Source: Mobula hypostoma (Eukaryota). From it: DNA of 64,000 bases. Under the pieces are notes generated by a model, which was not told the origin of the DNA, made no database searches, and worked only from the letters and a program-made list of their open reading frames with translations. The stretch spans positions 20,090,001-20,154,000 of the forward strand of contig NC_086109.1 in the NCBI RefSeq assembly GCF_963921235.1, in the 5' to 3' direction. Below are positions 26,200 through 38,215 of this stretch, one piece after another (the stretch's first letter is position 1; each line of letters starts with the position of its first letter). Position numbers and translations under genes: made by a program.

Positions 26200-28430
26200 A
26201 TGGTACGAAGTGGTGTACAGGAGTAAGATAGATCAACTGGTTGAGTGGCGTCAACAACCTTGCACTCAATGTCAGTAAGATCAAAGAATTGATTGTGGAC
26301 TTCAAAGAGGACAAGATGAAAGAACACACACCAAGCCTCAGAGGGATCAGAAGGGGAAAGAATGAAATTTCAGGTTCCTGGGTATCAAAACAAGACTACA
26401 AGATACAGGCCAGTTGGACCACTGAGTGTTCTGTCATTTCATCATGGTTGATCCAATTTTTCTCTCAACTCCAATCTCTTGCCTTCTCCCTGTATCCCTT
26501 CATGCCCTGACCAATCAAGAATTTATCGACCTCTACTTTAAATACACATAAAGACTTGGCCTCCACAGCTGCCTGTGGCAAAGAATTCCACAAATTCACT
26601 ACTCTCTGACTAAAGGAATTCCTCATCTCCATCCCAAAAACACCCACTAATCTGAGGCTGTGCCCTCTGGTCTTAGATTCTTCCACCATAGGAAACATCC
26701 TCTCCACATCCACTCTATCAAGGCTTTTCACCACACAATAGGTTTCAATGAGGTCACTCTCATTCTTCATATGACAAGCCATTCAATCCTGGAATCATTT
26801 TCATGAATCTCCTTTAAACCCGCTCAAGTTTCAGCACACCCTTTCAAAGATAAGAAGCCCAAAACTGCCTCACCAGTGCTCTATAAAACCTCAAGATACA
26901 TTGCATACATTGTTGCTTAGATACGCTAGTCCTCTTGAAATGAGTGCTAACATTGCATTTGCCTTCTTCACCAGTCTCAACCTGCAAATTAACTTGTAGG
27001 ATACCCTGCACAAGGATTCCCAAGTCCCTCTGCGCCTCTTTTTATATTTTCTCTCCACTTAGAAAACGGTCAACCCTTTCATTTCTCTACCAAAGTGTAT
27101 GACCATACACTTAGCAATACTGCCATGCCATTTCTTTGCCATTCTCCTAATCCGTCTAAGCCCTCCTGCAGCCTCTCTACTTCCTCAAAGCTACCTGTCC
27201 CACCACCTATGTTCATATTGTCTGCAAAATTTACAACAAAACCATCAATTCTATCATCCAAATCACTGACATAACATAAAAAGCATCAGTCCAAACACAG
27301 ACCCCTGTGGAACATCATTAGTCACTGGCAGCCAGTCAGATAAGGCTCCCTTTATTCTCACTCTTTTCCTCCTGCCATCAGCCACTGCTTTATCCATGCT
27401 ACAATCTTTCTTGTAATACCATGGACTCATAGCTTGTTAAGCAACCTCATGTGTGGTGTCTTGTCAACAGCCTTCTGAAAATCCAAGAACACAATATCCA
27501 CCAATTCTCCTTTGTCTATCCTGTTTGTTATTTCTTCAAAGAATTCCAACAGATTTGTCTGGCAAGATTTTCTCTTAAGGAAACCATGCTGACTATAGCC
27601 TATTTCATCATGTGCCTCCAAGTACCCAGACACCTTAATAATTTACTCCAACACCTTCCCAACCACTGATGTCAGACTGACCGGCCTATCGTTCCCTTAC
27701 TTCTGCCTCGTTTTTGAAGACTGGAGTGATATTTGCAATTTCAGTCTTCTGAAACCATTCTGGTATCTGGAGATTCTTGAAAGATCGTTACCAATGCCTC
27801 CACAATTTCTTTAGCCACCTCTTTCAGAACCTGGGATGTACACCATCTGGTCCAAGTGACTTAATCTACCCTCAGACCTTTCAGTTCCCCAAGAACCTTC
27901 TCTCTAGTAATGGTAAATTCACACACTTCATGCCCCGACAGCTGGAGCTGCCACCATACTGCTGGTGTCTTCTATAGAGAAGACAGATGCAAAATATTTG
28001 ATTCATCTGCCATTTCATTGTCTTCCATTGCTAGCTCTCCAGCATCATTTTCCAGCGGTCAACAACTGAGGATCTACCCTGGGCCCAGCATATTGACATA
28101 ATTACAAGAAAGCACAACAGCAGCTATACTTCATTTGGAGTTTGAGGAGATTTGGCATGTTACCAAAGCCACTCGCAAGTTTCTACAGATGTACTCTGGA
28201 GAGCATTCTAACTGGCTGCATCACCACCTGGTATGGGGGTGGGGGTGCTGGCAACTGCACAGGATTGAAATAAGCTGCACAAAGTTGTAAACTCAGTCAG
28301 CTCCATCATAGGCACTAACCTCACAAGTACCTTGGACATCAAGCAGTGATGCTTCAAAAAGGCAGGACCTATCATGAAGGACCGTCATCATCTAAGACAT
28401 TGATTACCTTCTCACTTATCAGGGAGGTGC
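26200..28430 (+). mobile_element. Rex1/Babar-like LINE fragment split by a CR1 insertion
   Basis: NNLALNVSKIKELIVDF at 26241-26390 resumes at about 28061 with EDL.W.QHID and ESILTGCITTWYG. Confidence 0.8.
26391..28060 (-). mobile_element. Decayed CR1 LINE (about 1.67 kb)
   Basis: SQHGFLKRKSCQTNLLEFFEEIT...LDFQKA, FADN, RGHSL...FSQRVVNLWNSLPQ in shifted frames; CAAGACTACAAGA tail. Confidence 0.9.
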
Positions 28431-28769
28431 TACAGGAATTGACTTTTGAGATTTGTGAACATGATCTCAGCATCATATAAATACCCATGTCAGGATGCTG
28501 CTCATTGACTATAGTTCAGCATTTAACAACATCATTCCTACATTCCTGGCCCTCTGTGCCTCCCTCTGCAACTGGATCTTCCAATTCCTAACCAGAAGCC
28601 CACAATGTGCAGATTAGTAATAATATCTCCACCTTTCTGACAATCAACACCAGCACACCTCAGGGATGTGTGCTTAGCCCAACAGTCCCCAACCACCGGG
28701 CCACGAGGAAACGATACGAGTCAGCTGCACCTTTCCTCATTCCCTGTCACACACTATTGAACTTGAACA

Positions 28770-29404
28770 TAGGGTTGCCAACTGTCCCGTATTTGCCGGG
28801 AAATCCCATATATTGGGCTAAATTGGTTTGTCCCATACAGGACCGCCTTTGTCCCGTATTTCCCCCGCTAAGGTAGAGCGTTTCTATGAAACCTTTCGTG
28901 CCGAAATGGCGTAAAGCGAAAAAGCAATTACCATTAATTTATATAGGAAAAATTTTTGAGCGTTCCCAGACCCAAAAAGTAACCTACCAAATAACACATA
29001 AAACCTAAAATAACTAACATATAGTAAAAGCAGGAATGATATGATAAATACACAGCTTATATAAAGTAGAAGTAATGTATGTACAGTGTAGGCGTAAAGA
29101 TTAAGCCAAAACCGATTTGTGGAAGAAAATAAAAATCGGCACGTACGCGCATGCACACAGGTGTCCGCGCAAGGCTTCATGGTCATGGTACTCTTTCTCG
29201 GGGTAAACACAAGTGTCCCATCAACACACACAAACAATGCTGCTGAATGCAGCAGGCCAGGCAGCATCTATAGGAAGAGGTACAGTCAATGTTTCGGGCC
29301 GGGACCCTTCGTCAGGATTTGACTGCTACTTTTGTCCTTTATTTGGGAGTGAGAAAGTTGGCAACCCTAACTGTAAAAGACATGTTGAGGTGAGTTTAAC
29401 CCTA
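28770..29404. mobile_element. Nested non-autonomous hAT element with TAGGGTTGCCA termini
   Basis: TIR TAGGGTTGCCAACT (28770) / AGTTGGCAACCCTA (29356-29369); 8-bp direct repeat CTTGAACA at 28762-28769 and 29405-29412. Confidence 0.8.
29222..29320 (-). mobile_element. Short PLE terminal-repeat fragment with hammerhead motif
   Basis: Reverse complement reads TC-CTGACGA-A-GGGTCCCGGCCC-GAAA-CATT-GACTG...TAGATGCTGCCTGGCCTGCTG. Confidence 0.8.
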
Positions 29405-31147
29405 CTTGAACACCATTTTCCCCCCCCCCATCCCCCGGTCAGCAAGAATATTGTCAATATTAAACCAGTCCGAGGTGCAAAAAAGGTTGGGGACCCCTGG
29501 CTTAGCACACTGCTCTACTCTTTCTTCACCCGTGACTGTGTGGCTAGGCACAGCTCAAATGCCATCCATAAATTTGCTGATGATATAACCACTGTTGGGA
29601 GAACCTCAGATGGTGACAACAGGGCATACCAACTAGTTGAGTGGTATCACAATAACAACCTTGCACTCAATGTCAGTAAAATCAAAGAGTCAATTGTGGA
29701 CTTCAAAAAGGGTAAGACGAGGGAACCCAAACCAATCCTCAGAGGGATCAGAAGTGGAGAAGGTGAGCAATTTCAAGTTCTTGGGTGTCAATATCTGAGG
29801 ATCGAGCCTGGTCCAAACATAACAATGCAGCTATAAAAGGCAGCAAGGCAGTAGCTATATTTCATTAGGAGTTGGAAGAGGTTTGGTTTGTCACCTAAAA
29901 CACTCAAAACTTCTTACAGATGTACCACGGAGAGCATTCGGACTGACTGTATCACCACCTGGTATGGGTGTGGGGGGGGGGTGCTACTGCACACAGGATT
30001 GTAGCAAGCTGCAGAAAGTTGTAAAATTAGTCAGCTCCATCATGAGTACTAGCTTTCATAATATCCAAGACATCTAGACATATTCAAGAAGCAATGCGTC
30101 AGAAAAGCAGATTCCATCATCAAGAAACCTCACCATCCATGACATGTCCTCTTCTCATTGTTACTGTCAGGAAGGGTATACAGAAGCCTGAAGGTGTACA
30201 GAAGCCTCTGCAATTCAGGAACAGTTTCTTCCCCTCTGCCATCAGATTTCTGAATGGACATTGAACCTACCTCACTACTTTTCCCCCTCATTTTGCACTA
30301 CTTATTTATCTTGTTAATAAATATACTTCTGCCATTTAATTATATACAGTATTGCAACACACTGCTGCCATATAACAAATCTCAAAACATATGCCAGTGA
30401 TATTAAACCTTATTCTGAATTACATGTCTAAATTTGAAAAACATCAAATTAGAAGACATCACTAAATACAGAGATGATTCTAACATAGATAATGTGGTTT
30501 TGCATTGAACATGCAAGGCACCTCAAAATAAGCATCATGGATGCAAAATATTTTCCAGTTTTTAATTACTAAGTAAAAAGGAATCAGCAGATGATTTCTA
30601 CTAAATAGAACTCAGGCGTAGGGGAAAAAAAACCAACAAATAATGCTTAAAGGATGCACTTAATGATGTCATAATTTGATGTCTGTATCCTTTCAAAACC
30701 ATCTTGACTTTATTTTTCCCCCCCTCTTGATATTTTTTAGTAAAGAGATTTAATGCCATAGGTACTGGGAAGTCAGAATTCTTACCCAAGTAGCTATTGA
30801 CCAATTCTATACACAGAACCTACTTCAGTAGGTATTTTAGTACTGTACTGCCACTTTAGTATAAGGCTAGCAAAAATAGTATTCATATCCCACTTTGAAC
30901 CACCAGCTTTGCTTACTAAAAAATAAACATTAGTGAGGTAAAGGCGGGCAAAATTCTTTCAAAATGAAACAAATTCTGGCCTCTTTCCACTAATCAATTG
31001 TTCACCAACTCCAATCTATAGCACCAATACTCATCGCCAACACGTTGCTATGAGTATTAGTTTTATAAGTTGCAGATGAACACATACAGCTTTATGAAGT
31101 GAAAGGTTGATTTTTATCAACATTTCTAACAGTTATTCTACATCTTG

Positions 31148-31430
31148 TGGGGCACTATGGTAGCAGAATGGACAGCACAAAGCTTTTATAGCTCAGGGTG
31201 TTCCAGAGTTCAAAGTTCAATTTGGGCACCTCTTTACATCCTCTTCACATCCTCTTCGTGGACTACGTGGGGTTTCCACAGATGTTCCAATTTTCTCCCA
31301 TACTTCATATATGATCAGTCATTGTAAATTGTCCAGTGATTAAGTTAGGGTTAATCGGGGTTGTGGAATTGCTACGTAGTCTGGTTTGAAGGGCCAGACC
31401 GCCTATTCCTTGCCGTATCGCTAAACAAAA
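31148..31430 (+). mobile_element. Decayed V-SINE/HE1-like SINE
   Basis: tRNA-like head GGGCACTATGGTAGC...AGTTCAA and CATTGTAAATTGTCC core. Confidence 0.65.
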
Positions 31431-34400
31431 TCTTTTAGATAAAAAACTGACAAAATCAAATTTTGCTGAGTTTAGAAAACAAATATTTCAAATGTAGGAA
31501 TTGTACCAAAAGAGAACAGGACAGGACAAGCATGTTACAACAGGGACACCTGCAAACTAAATGCTTCTTCTCTCCTTCTTTCCCCACCCCTGCAAACAAA
31601 CCGGGCCTAGAAGGTCATGATGTAGTCAGAGTGTGTGGTTCCAGGCCTGTAGAAGCTATAGCCCAAGATTGTTTTCCAAAGTCACCACAGAAGTTTAAGT
31701 TCAAGGTAGTTTCATTGTGCAAAACATCCAAGCACATGATTGTATCACAAGGAAATGCAAGAGAGGAGCAAGAAGAACAGCTTACAGAAGAGATGAAGAA
31801 ACATTGCAGGCAATTTACATGCAAACTGAATACAGAACTGACAGCCAATGTTCCATCAATAGTGGGAAGGTAAATACTTGGGAGCACAGAATTGTCAGAA
31901 TTCACAAGCTGAATTAAAAAAGTTACACGGATATTTAAAGGAACAGTTATGTAGATTAAAATTTAAATTGTTATTACAATTCCCAGGGGATTAAGGCATC
32001 AGTGAGAACATACAGGAAAGTAGGACCTGGTGCAAGGTCTTGCGACATGTATCATGTAAAGTTAATTAATACAGATTTATTCAATGAGAAGTTAAGACTA
32101 CAGGCAAGGGTGAAACTCCGCAACCAAATGGAAAACAAAGTAAAAAAAAAACAAGATTTGTAAGCCAATCCTTTTACCCCAATTACTACACAAATTTCAT
32201 TTGTCACAATACTATTTTAAAAATTACTTTATTTCCATATTATACAAAATTATCCAGAAATCTTTTCCACAAGACAAAGCAGAACATTCCTTCTTTCAAA
32301 TTTAAAGTAAAAACTTTCCACAGTTAATACAAATGCGGAAGTTTGCACTACTAGCTTCAAGTCAAAACATGCTGCTTTAAGCTTCTTAGGCTCGGACATA
32401 TTCAAGAATCTGACAGCTTAGTAATGACAGTAACCAGTGTGAAATTTTGTGACAATTGCAGGGGGAAAAAAAGCATGGACTTTACCATTTAACTTATCAA
32501 AAGTATTCGATTTTCATCTTGTACAAATCTCATTCTAAGAGGAAAGCATTAACCAAAACATACAAGTTATTCCATTTTAAAATGCCCTCACAAAATACTG
32601 CCCAACTCTGTACAATCCTACCAAATTGAGAGCCTTTGCCTGTTTTTTTAAAATTTAAAACTTCTTTCAAATGTGTTTATTCCTCTCTCCACCCTAGGCA
32701 GCAACATTACTGTTTATTTAGCATTTGTCTGCTTGTTTTTTTAAAAAAACGATGCCAAGTTGCTAGCTCAACACTCATCCTGGCCTGGATGGAAAGTGTG
32801 TAAGGACCCTGCCAACTTGCCTCAGAGTCCTGTGCAGATGCCACTGCACCACCAGCTAGCTTTTCAAATGACATAAGCTTTTGTAACATTCTTCTGGTAC
32901 AGTAAGAGTATTATCAAAAAGCAATCATTTCCAGCTACAGTGAAATTCAATTGTGGTTTAAATACAGAAATTATTTCTGATATCATAGTTGCAGAAGGCA
33001 TTTAATGTAATCATAGAAGGCAGTACCCCTAACTGAAAACTTAGTACAAAAGCAAAAAATCCAAACTGGATCTTATTTGATAGGCATCAGACACTGAACA
33101 TTCCAATTTCAATGAAGTGCTATAGACCGCTATATAAAAAAACTCATTAAGCTGAAATGGACATGCATTTTAAATACACCACAAACTCAATAACTCCAGT
33201 TACTTTCTTTTTTTAAAAAGTGCTTTCATCATTGGAAAAAATTTAAAATTGACACTTAAAAAGTTGTGGCAATTTCCATGCTGTTACACCGTAGCACAAG
33301 AAATGTCAATTCTTCAAAATAACACTTCAACCATAAAACTTCACATTGGACAGTAATGCTCAAGCCCCAAATGGAATTCCAATGCTCCCCAAATTACACA
33401 AAAACACACTGCAACTTTGGCACATTAAGGTGGACAGTGATTTTCACACTCACCCATTTTACTTACTGAACTTATGCAGGATTTCAAACTATGGTATTAG
33501 AAGTGAAGCTACATTTCCCAAATGCCACCATTTTCACCTCAGGACAACAGCAATAACTTACAAAGCACTAATCAGAAGCTGTAATATAATAGGATCTTTG
33601 CATATACATTACAGAACAAGGAAGAAGCCAGCAGCCAATCAACACACAGAACAGTCACAGGTTAGAGCAAAAGTCTTATAATACACCGCATTATACTTGG
33701 AGTTTTATCTGCACAACTCCAAAGTATTCCATGCTATTTACATTAATAAAATGCAGAGAAAATAAGACAAATTAGTTTTAAATTTTGATAAATGGGAAAG
33801 TTTTCAGCATTCAAATACAGAAATGTGAATACCAACAATCAAGGTGTACAGAAAACAACTTTAATTACAATTTATTTTATTGTCTGTTCATAGCCCATTT
33901 CAGATTCTACAACTTCACTAATGAATACCTCCATTCTCATCCACATCAATTTTTAAGTTCTCATACGATGTTTGAGAACTTAAAACTCATCCATATATTC
34001 AAGGATCAGTCTTTTCATACAACTAAGGTTGGTTAGTAAAAACAGTTAATGTAAACAGCAAGACAGTTTGCAGTGATATTACACACTCCAAAACACTTCA
34101 AAGTTGTATCAAGCAAAATATGACTCTAACCCAAGGTGGGTAAATATTATGTCAGATGACAAAAGTTTTTTTTTTAAAAAGTTTAATATGTAAGGGAGGC
34201 AGTACATGATAATTTGAGAGATGATATTAGCAGTCAATAGTGAAGTGATCAAAAGTAGAGATGTTCATGAGGTTGTAACTGGAATACAGCCCCAACCAGA
34301 GCCTGACAAGACCAAACAATCTCAGCTGGGTTCAGGCAAGGCTGTGCCAGCCCAGCACAGTACCTCATTCAGGACAATACCATTTCCTTTCTATTACCAC

Positions 34401-35679
34401 ACGTGTTCTTCATTCTTGATCAACAGTACTGTGTAGGAAGTTTTTTCTTCCCTGCAAATGCCTCCAGGTCAGGTATGGAAAAAATTACAAGCAATCTGGC
34501 TTGCTTTGACCATGGTCAAATTTAAATTTTATAATCAAGCAGACCTCCAAGCTGGAGAATCAGAATATTTCATAAGGTTATATAGCTGGAAAGGATTACA
34601 GAAATGAGGGACAATGCCATTGAAGATTGTTTTAATTCACAGCAGTGCTTAACTGGGAGCAAATGTAGGTCAGTAATCAGAGGGATAGTGGGTAAACAGG
34701 ACAGTGCTAGTTAAGATATGGACAACACATTGGGATGACCTGATTTAGAGGATAGAATGTTCCAGCTACATAAAGCATTTTATACAACATACTTATTCAT
34801 TCTGTAATAATTGCTACTCTTACTCTGAAGGATATACATCAGATTTTACAAATCAGATTAAATAAAACTTACTCAATTCTCTGGATAATCCAGGGGGAAA
34901 AAATCCTTTAAATGCACCAAATCAATAGGCATGCTCTCTCAAAGTGCTTCCTTAAGTACCTTTTGAAAAATATTCCAGAATTGGACCATACAAGTGGTGA
35001 ACCTATACTTAAGTGAGTGCTATTAATTGGGACCTCCCTACACATCACATTTTCCTCTTAAGTGACCCAATTCATTTTCCATTATCCAAGTGCTCAGTAT
35101 ATTTAATTAACTCAAAAAATAGCAAAATATACTTACACACCATGCCACAATACACAAAACCACATACGAAAATGGGCCAGCATGCCCAAAAGCCAAAAAG
35201 TAACAAGTCTTGTTAAACACTTATGGGAGGTGGATTGATAGAAATACTGGACTTTACCCAAGCAAGGTAGCTTAACGTAATTGCAATATACCTACCTATC
35301 TGTGCACATAACTTTACCCTGACATCCAATTCTAAACTGCACAGCTTTCGTTAGTTAAAAGAAACTCAGAAACAAAGTCTAACTGAAAAGACAAGAATGA
35401 GAGAGCAAGAGAAAGCACGTTAACGTTTCAGATCGGTGACCGAAGTCACTGACCTGAAACGTTAACCCTGTTTCTGTGACTACTCCGAATGCTGCCCGAT
35501 TAGTTAAGTATTTCCAGAAATAAAGTTTCACAGGCTCATTACACTGCCCTGTCTTCCCCCATTCCCCTTCCCCAAACAGCATGTTTGCTTTTGGTAGTAT
35601 AGTCGGTAGTAATAAACTTTACAGGGGTTTCCTGTCTAACATTTTTTTTATATATAAAAAGTATTTGTGCCTGGACACA

Positions 35680-36350
35680 ACCCAGCCACACGGGAAGCAG
35701 CAACAGGAATCGCCCCCCACCCCCAACCCAGGACCGGGCAGGGCCCAAGGGTGCTCTCCTGCTAAAGGGCGCAACTCCCTCAGCTCCCGGGCTCTGGCTT
35801 GTTACGGGGAGGAGGAGGAGAAGGAGAAGCAGGCCTGGCGGCCTCACCTCCCGAGTAACGCCCCCCCCCCGGGACCAGGGTCATTAGCCCCCCACCCTGT
35901 CTACGTCCCCTCCCTAAACTACACCCAATCGCCGTGATCACCCTCCCCGCCTCACATGCTCTCGGACTCGGGTGCCCCCCTCGCTCGGGCTCCGGGGCCT
36001 GTTGGGGAGCGGTGGCAACTGCTCGATGTGAGGAAGGCGGTGGCTCCAACCGCAGCGCCGCCTGGCCGGACGCTACCTCATCTTCTCCCTCTCGCCCGCC
36101 CTACTCCGCCGCAAACGGACCCGTCCTGCCTCCGCGGTGTGGCGGGCAGCGGCCGCGCTCTACACCGCCGCCCCTCCCCGTCCAGCCCACCCCACAGCCG
36201 GTACCTCGGGCTCACTCGGTCCGCTCCGCTCCTGTCACTCCGGCTCCGGCTGCACCCGCTCGAGCTCCCTCCCCAACGTCACCGCCAGCCTCGCTCTGGT
36301 GTGCCTTAAAAGGGAAATAGCTCTTAAAGCGGCAGTGGCCCCACAAGCAA
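35680..36350 (-). promoter_or_regulatory. CpG island; probable promoter/first exon of an unidentified minus-strand gene
   Basis: Abrupt GC- and CpG-rich non-repeat block in an AT-rich window; GC-box-like GGGGCGG, CRE-like GGTGACGT (about 36276-36283), (C/T)TTTAAG motifs (36305-36330); minus-strand donor candidates CGA|GTGAGC (about 36215), GAG|GTACCG (about 36204) and GAG|GTGAGG (about 35847). Confidence 0.75.
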
Positions 36351-36399
36351 AGGCACACACCCAAATTCACGCTCACGGGTCCAGACCCCTAATCCGTAT

Positions 36400-36447
36400 C
36401 TATCTCTGCCTCTCTCTCTTTCTCTCTCTCTCACACACACACACACA
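36400..36447. repeat. (CT)n(CA)n compound microsatellite
   Basis: Directly visible. Confidence 0.85.
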
Positions 36448-36689
36448 GTTGTGCTCAATAGACAAGCGTACTCACACATATAACTTTAATCTCTCACACT
36501 TTGACCTCGCCACACTTTCAATCTCTCTCGCTTACAGTCAAAACACCCTTTCATGACTTAAAAGCACCCATTTACTCTCAGAATCATATATGTATAACCT
36601 AGTTCACACTTGCACATATAAAACACTCGAAGTCACCCTTACACCTTTATGTCACACATAAACTCTCAATCTTATTCTTATATGATCAT

Positions 36690-36910
36690 CACCTGGCCAC
36701 TGCCTGTAAGTTTGTACGTTCTCCCCGTGACCGTGTAGGTTTCCTCCAGATGCTTGGGTTTCCTCCCACAGTCCAAAGACGTACCAGTTGGTAGGTTAAT
36801 TGGACATTGTAAATTGTCCCGTGATTAGACAAGGGTTAAAACGGAGGTTGTGTGGCGGCAAGGCTCGAAGGGCCAGAAGGGCCCATTCTGTGCTGCTCAA
36901 TAAAATAAAT
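36690..36910 (+). mobile_element. V-SINE/HE1-like SINE
   Basis: TTTCCTCCCACAGTCCAAAGACGTACC...GGTTAATTGGACATTGTAAATTGTCC; AATAAAATAAA tail. Confidence 0.75.
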
Positions 36911-37266
36911 ATTAAAAATACTCAAATTCTCACAAGTGCCCCACCAAACACGCACGCACCTCTACATTTTCACACATTGCCAGGATTCCTATGTTTCCAA
37001 GCTCATTCATTTCTCTGTACATTCTTATCTTCAAACTCGCACCCACACTTTCCAATTCACACACAACTCCATGTCCTTACCCAAATTCTGTCATCCACTC
37101 CAAACACTGTGACTCACACACATTTATACACAACAAAATTTCCATCCAAACTCTTCATATGAACATGTGAACTCACTCACACTCTCTTTCAAAACTTTAA
37201 ACATAATTAAACCCATCAAGTCTACACATCTAAACCTACATACACCCAATTTCACACAGGCAAATA

Positions 37267-37479
37267 GAGTACTGTGCAAAAGTCTTAAGCACATATATAG
37301 AGCTGTATTATGCCTTTCCAATTACCAAATAACACTTAATAGTACTGAACTAATACAAAGCTAAGTAGTCTTATTTCAGTTTCCTGACCACCTTCCTATT
37401 TTAAACAATATGCTGTACTATGCAAAATTCCTAGCCATCGTAACTGGATATATGTGCCTAAGACTTTTGCATAGTACTG
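37267..37479. mobile_element. Tc1/mariner-type MITE
   Basis: TA|GAGTACTGTGCAAAAGTCTTAAGCAC ... GTGCCTAAGACTTTTGCATAGTACTG|TA. Confidence 0.85.
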
Positions 37480-37939
37480 TATATAAAATAGTACACATCA
37501 ACCAAACGATACACAAACTCTGGTCTACACCGTCACATGCTTAAATGCACTCATTCACTCCAATGCGCATGTGCCAAAAACACACAATTACCTATAGACC
37601 TAATGATCACACACACGCTGCTGGAGACTACAATCTGCCCAATATATGCATGTGTACACAAATGAAGAATAAGATATGCCCAATTTTGCATCAGTACACA
37701 CACACACACCCCAAGGTAGGCTCAAACTTAATTATTCACACACCCAGGCCTTTATCAACCTACCCAAGTACTTAAACAAACAGGCTCATCTCATTCAAAC
37801 TTACATCTAAGCTCGCACAAACAAATTAATTCATACTCACAGACTCGTCCAAGTTCATAAACTCACATAGAATAAAGCAATAAACCATCAAATCCATGTG
37901 CAAACTAGGTAGTATACTGCAGAAGTTCTGAATTTCTAA

Positions 37940-38215
37940 ATGAGATGTTTAAACAGGATACCATCTGCAGCCTCAAAAGAAATACCAATTTGATACCAAT
38001 TTGAAGAAAAACAGGCATGTTCCTCCATGTCTTGGCCAATGCTAGTTCCTTAACCAATATCATTTAAAAAAGCAGATTATCTGTTCTTTACCTCTGTGGT
38101 CCAAGATTTTCCTGAGTACAGACTGACCCCAGAGCATTAAATATTATAATTGTGAGCACATTTCTAAAAACATTACTCTGACTATAAAAGATTTTGTAAA
38201 TGTCCTTATTAGATT
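37940..38215 (+). mobile_element. Deu-domain SINE relic (SacSINE1/AmnSINE1-like), copy 1
   Basis: TTTGAAGAA..CAGG..TGTCTTGGCCAAT...AAAGCAGATTATCTG resembles the Deu central domain as recalled, not aligned. Confidence 0.6.

Larger units (their letters stand above)
28680..29499. mobile_element. Non-autonomous hAT (Charlie-like) element
   Basis: Termini CAACAGTCCCCAACC / GGTTGGGGACCCCTG; 8-bp TSD GCTTAGCC (28672-28679) / GCTTAGCA (29500-29507). Confidence 0.85.
28480..30420 (+). mobile_element. Rex1/Babar-like LINE RT and 3' UTR, split by nested DNA transposons
   Basis: TINTSTPQGCVLS before the insertion continues as LLYSFFTRDCVA..SNAIHKFADD after 29500; tail ATTAAACCTTATTCTGA. Confidence 0.85.

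Noticed and set aside
31463..31873. 136-aa ORF ending at a donor-like AAG|GTAAAT
   Set aside because: Non-ATG start, no recognisable homology, opposite strand to the inferred host gene and no partner exons
35539..36556. Overlapping Pro/Ala/Arg-rich ORFs in the CpG island
   Set aside because: Expected from stop-codon scarcity in GC-rich DNA; no recognisable domain
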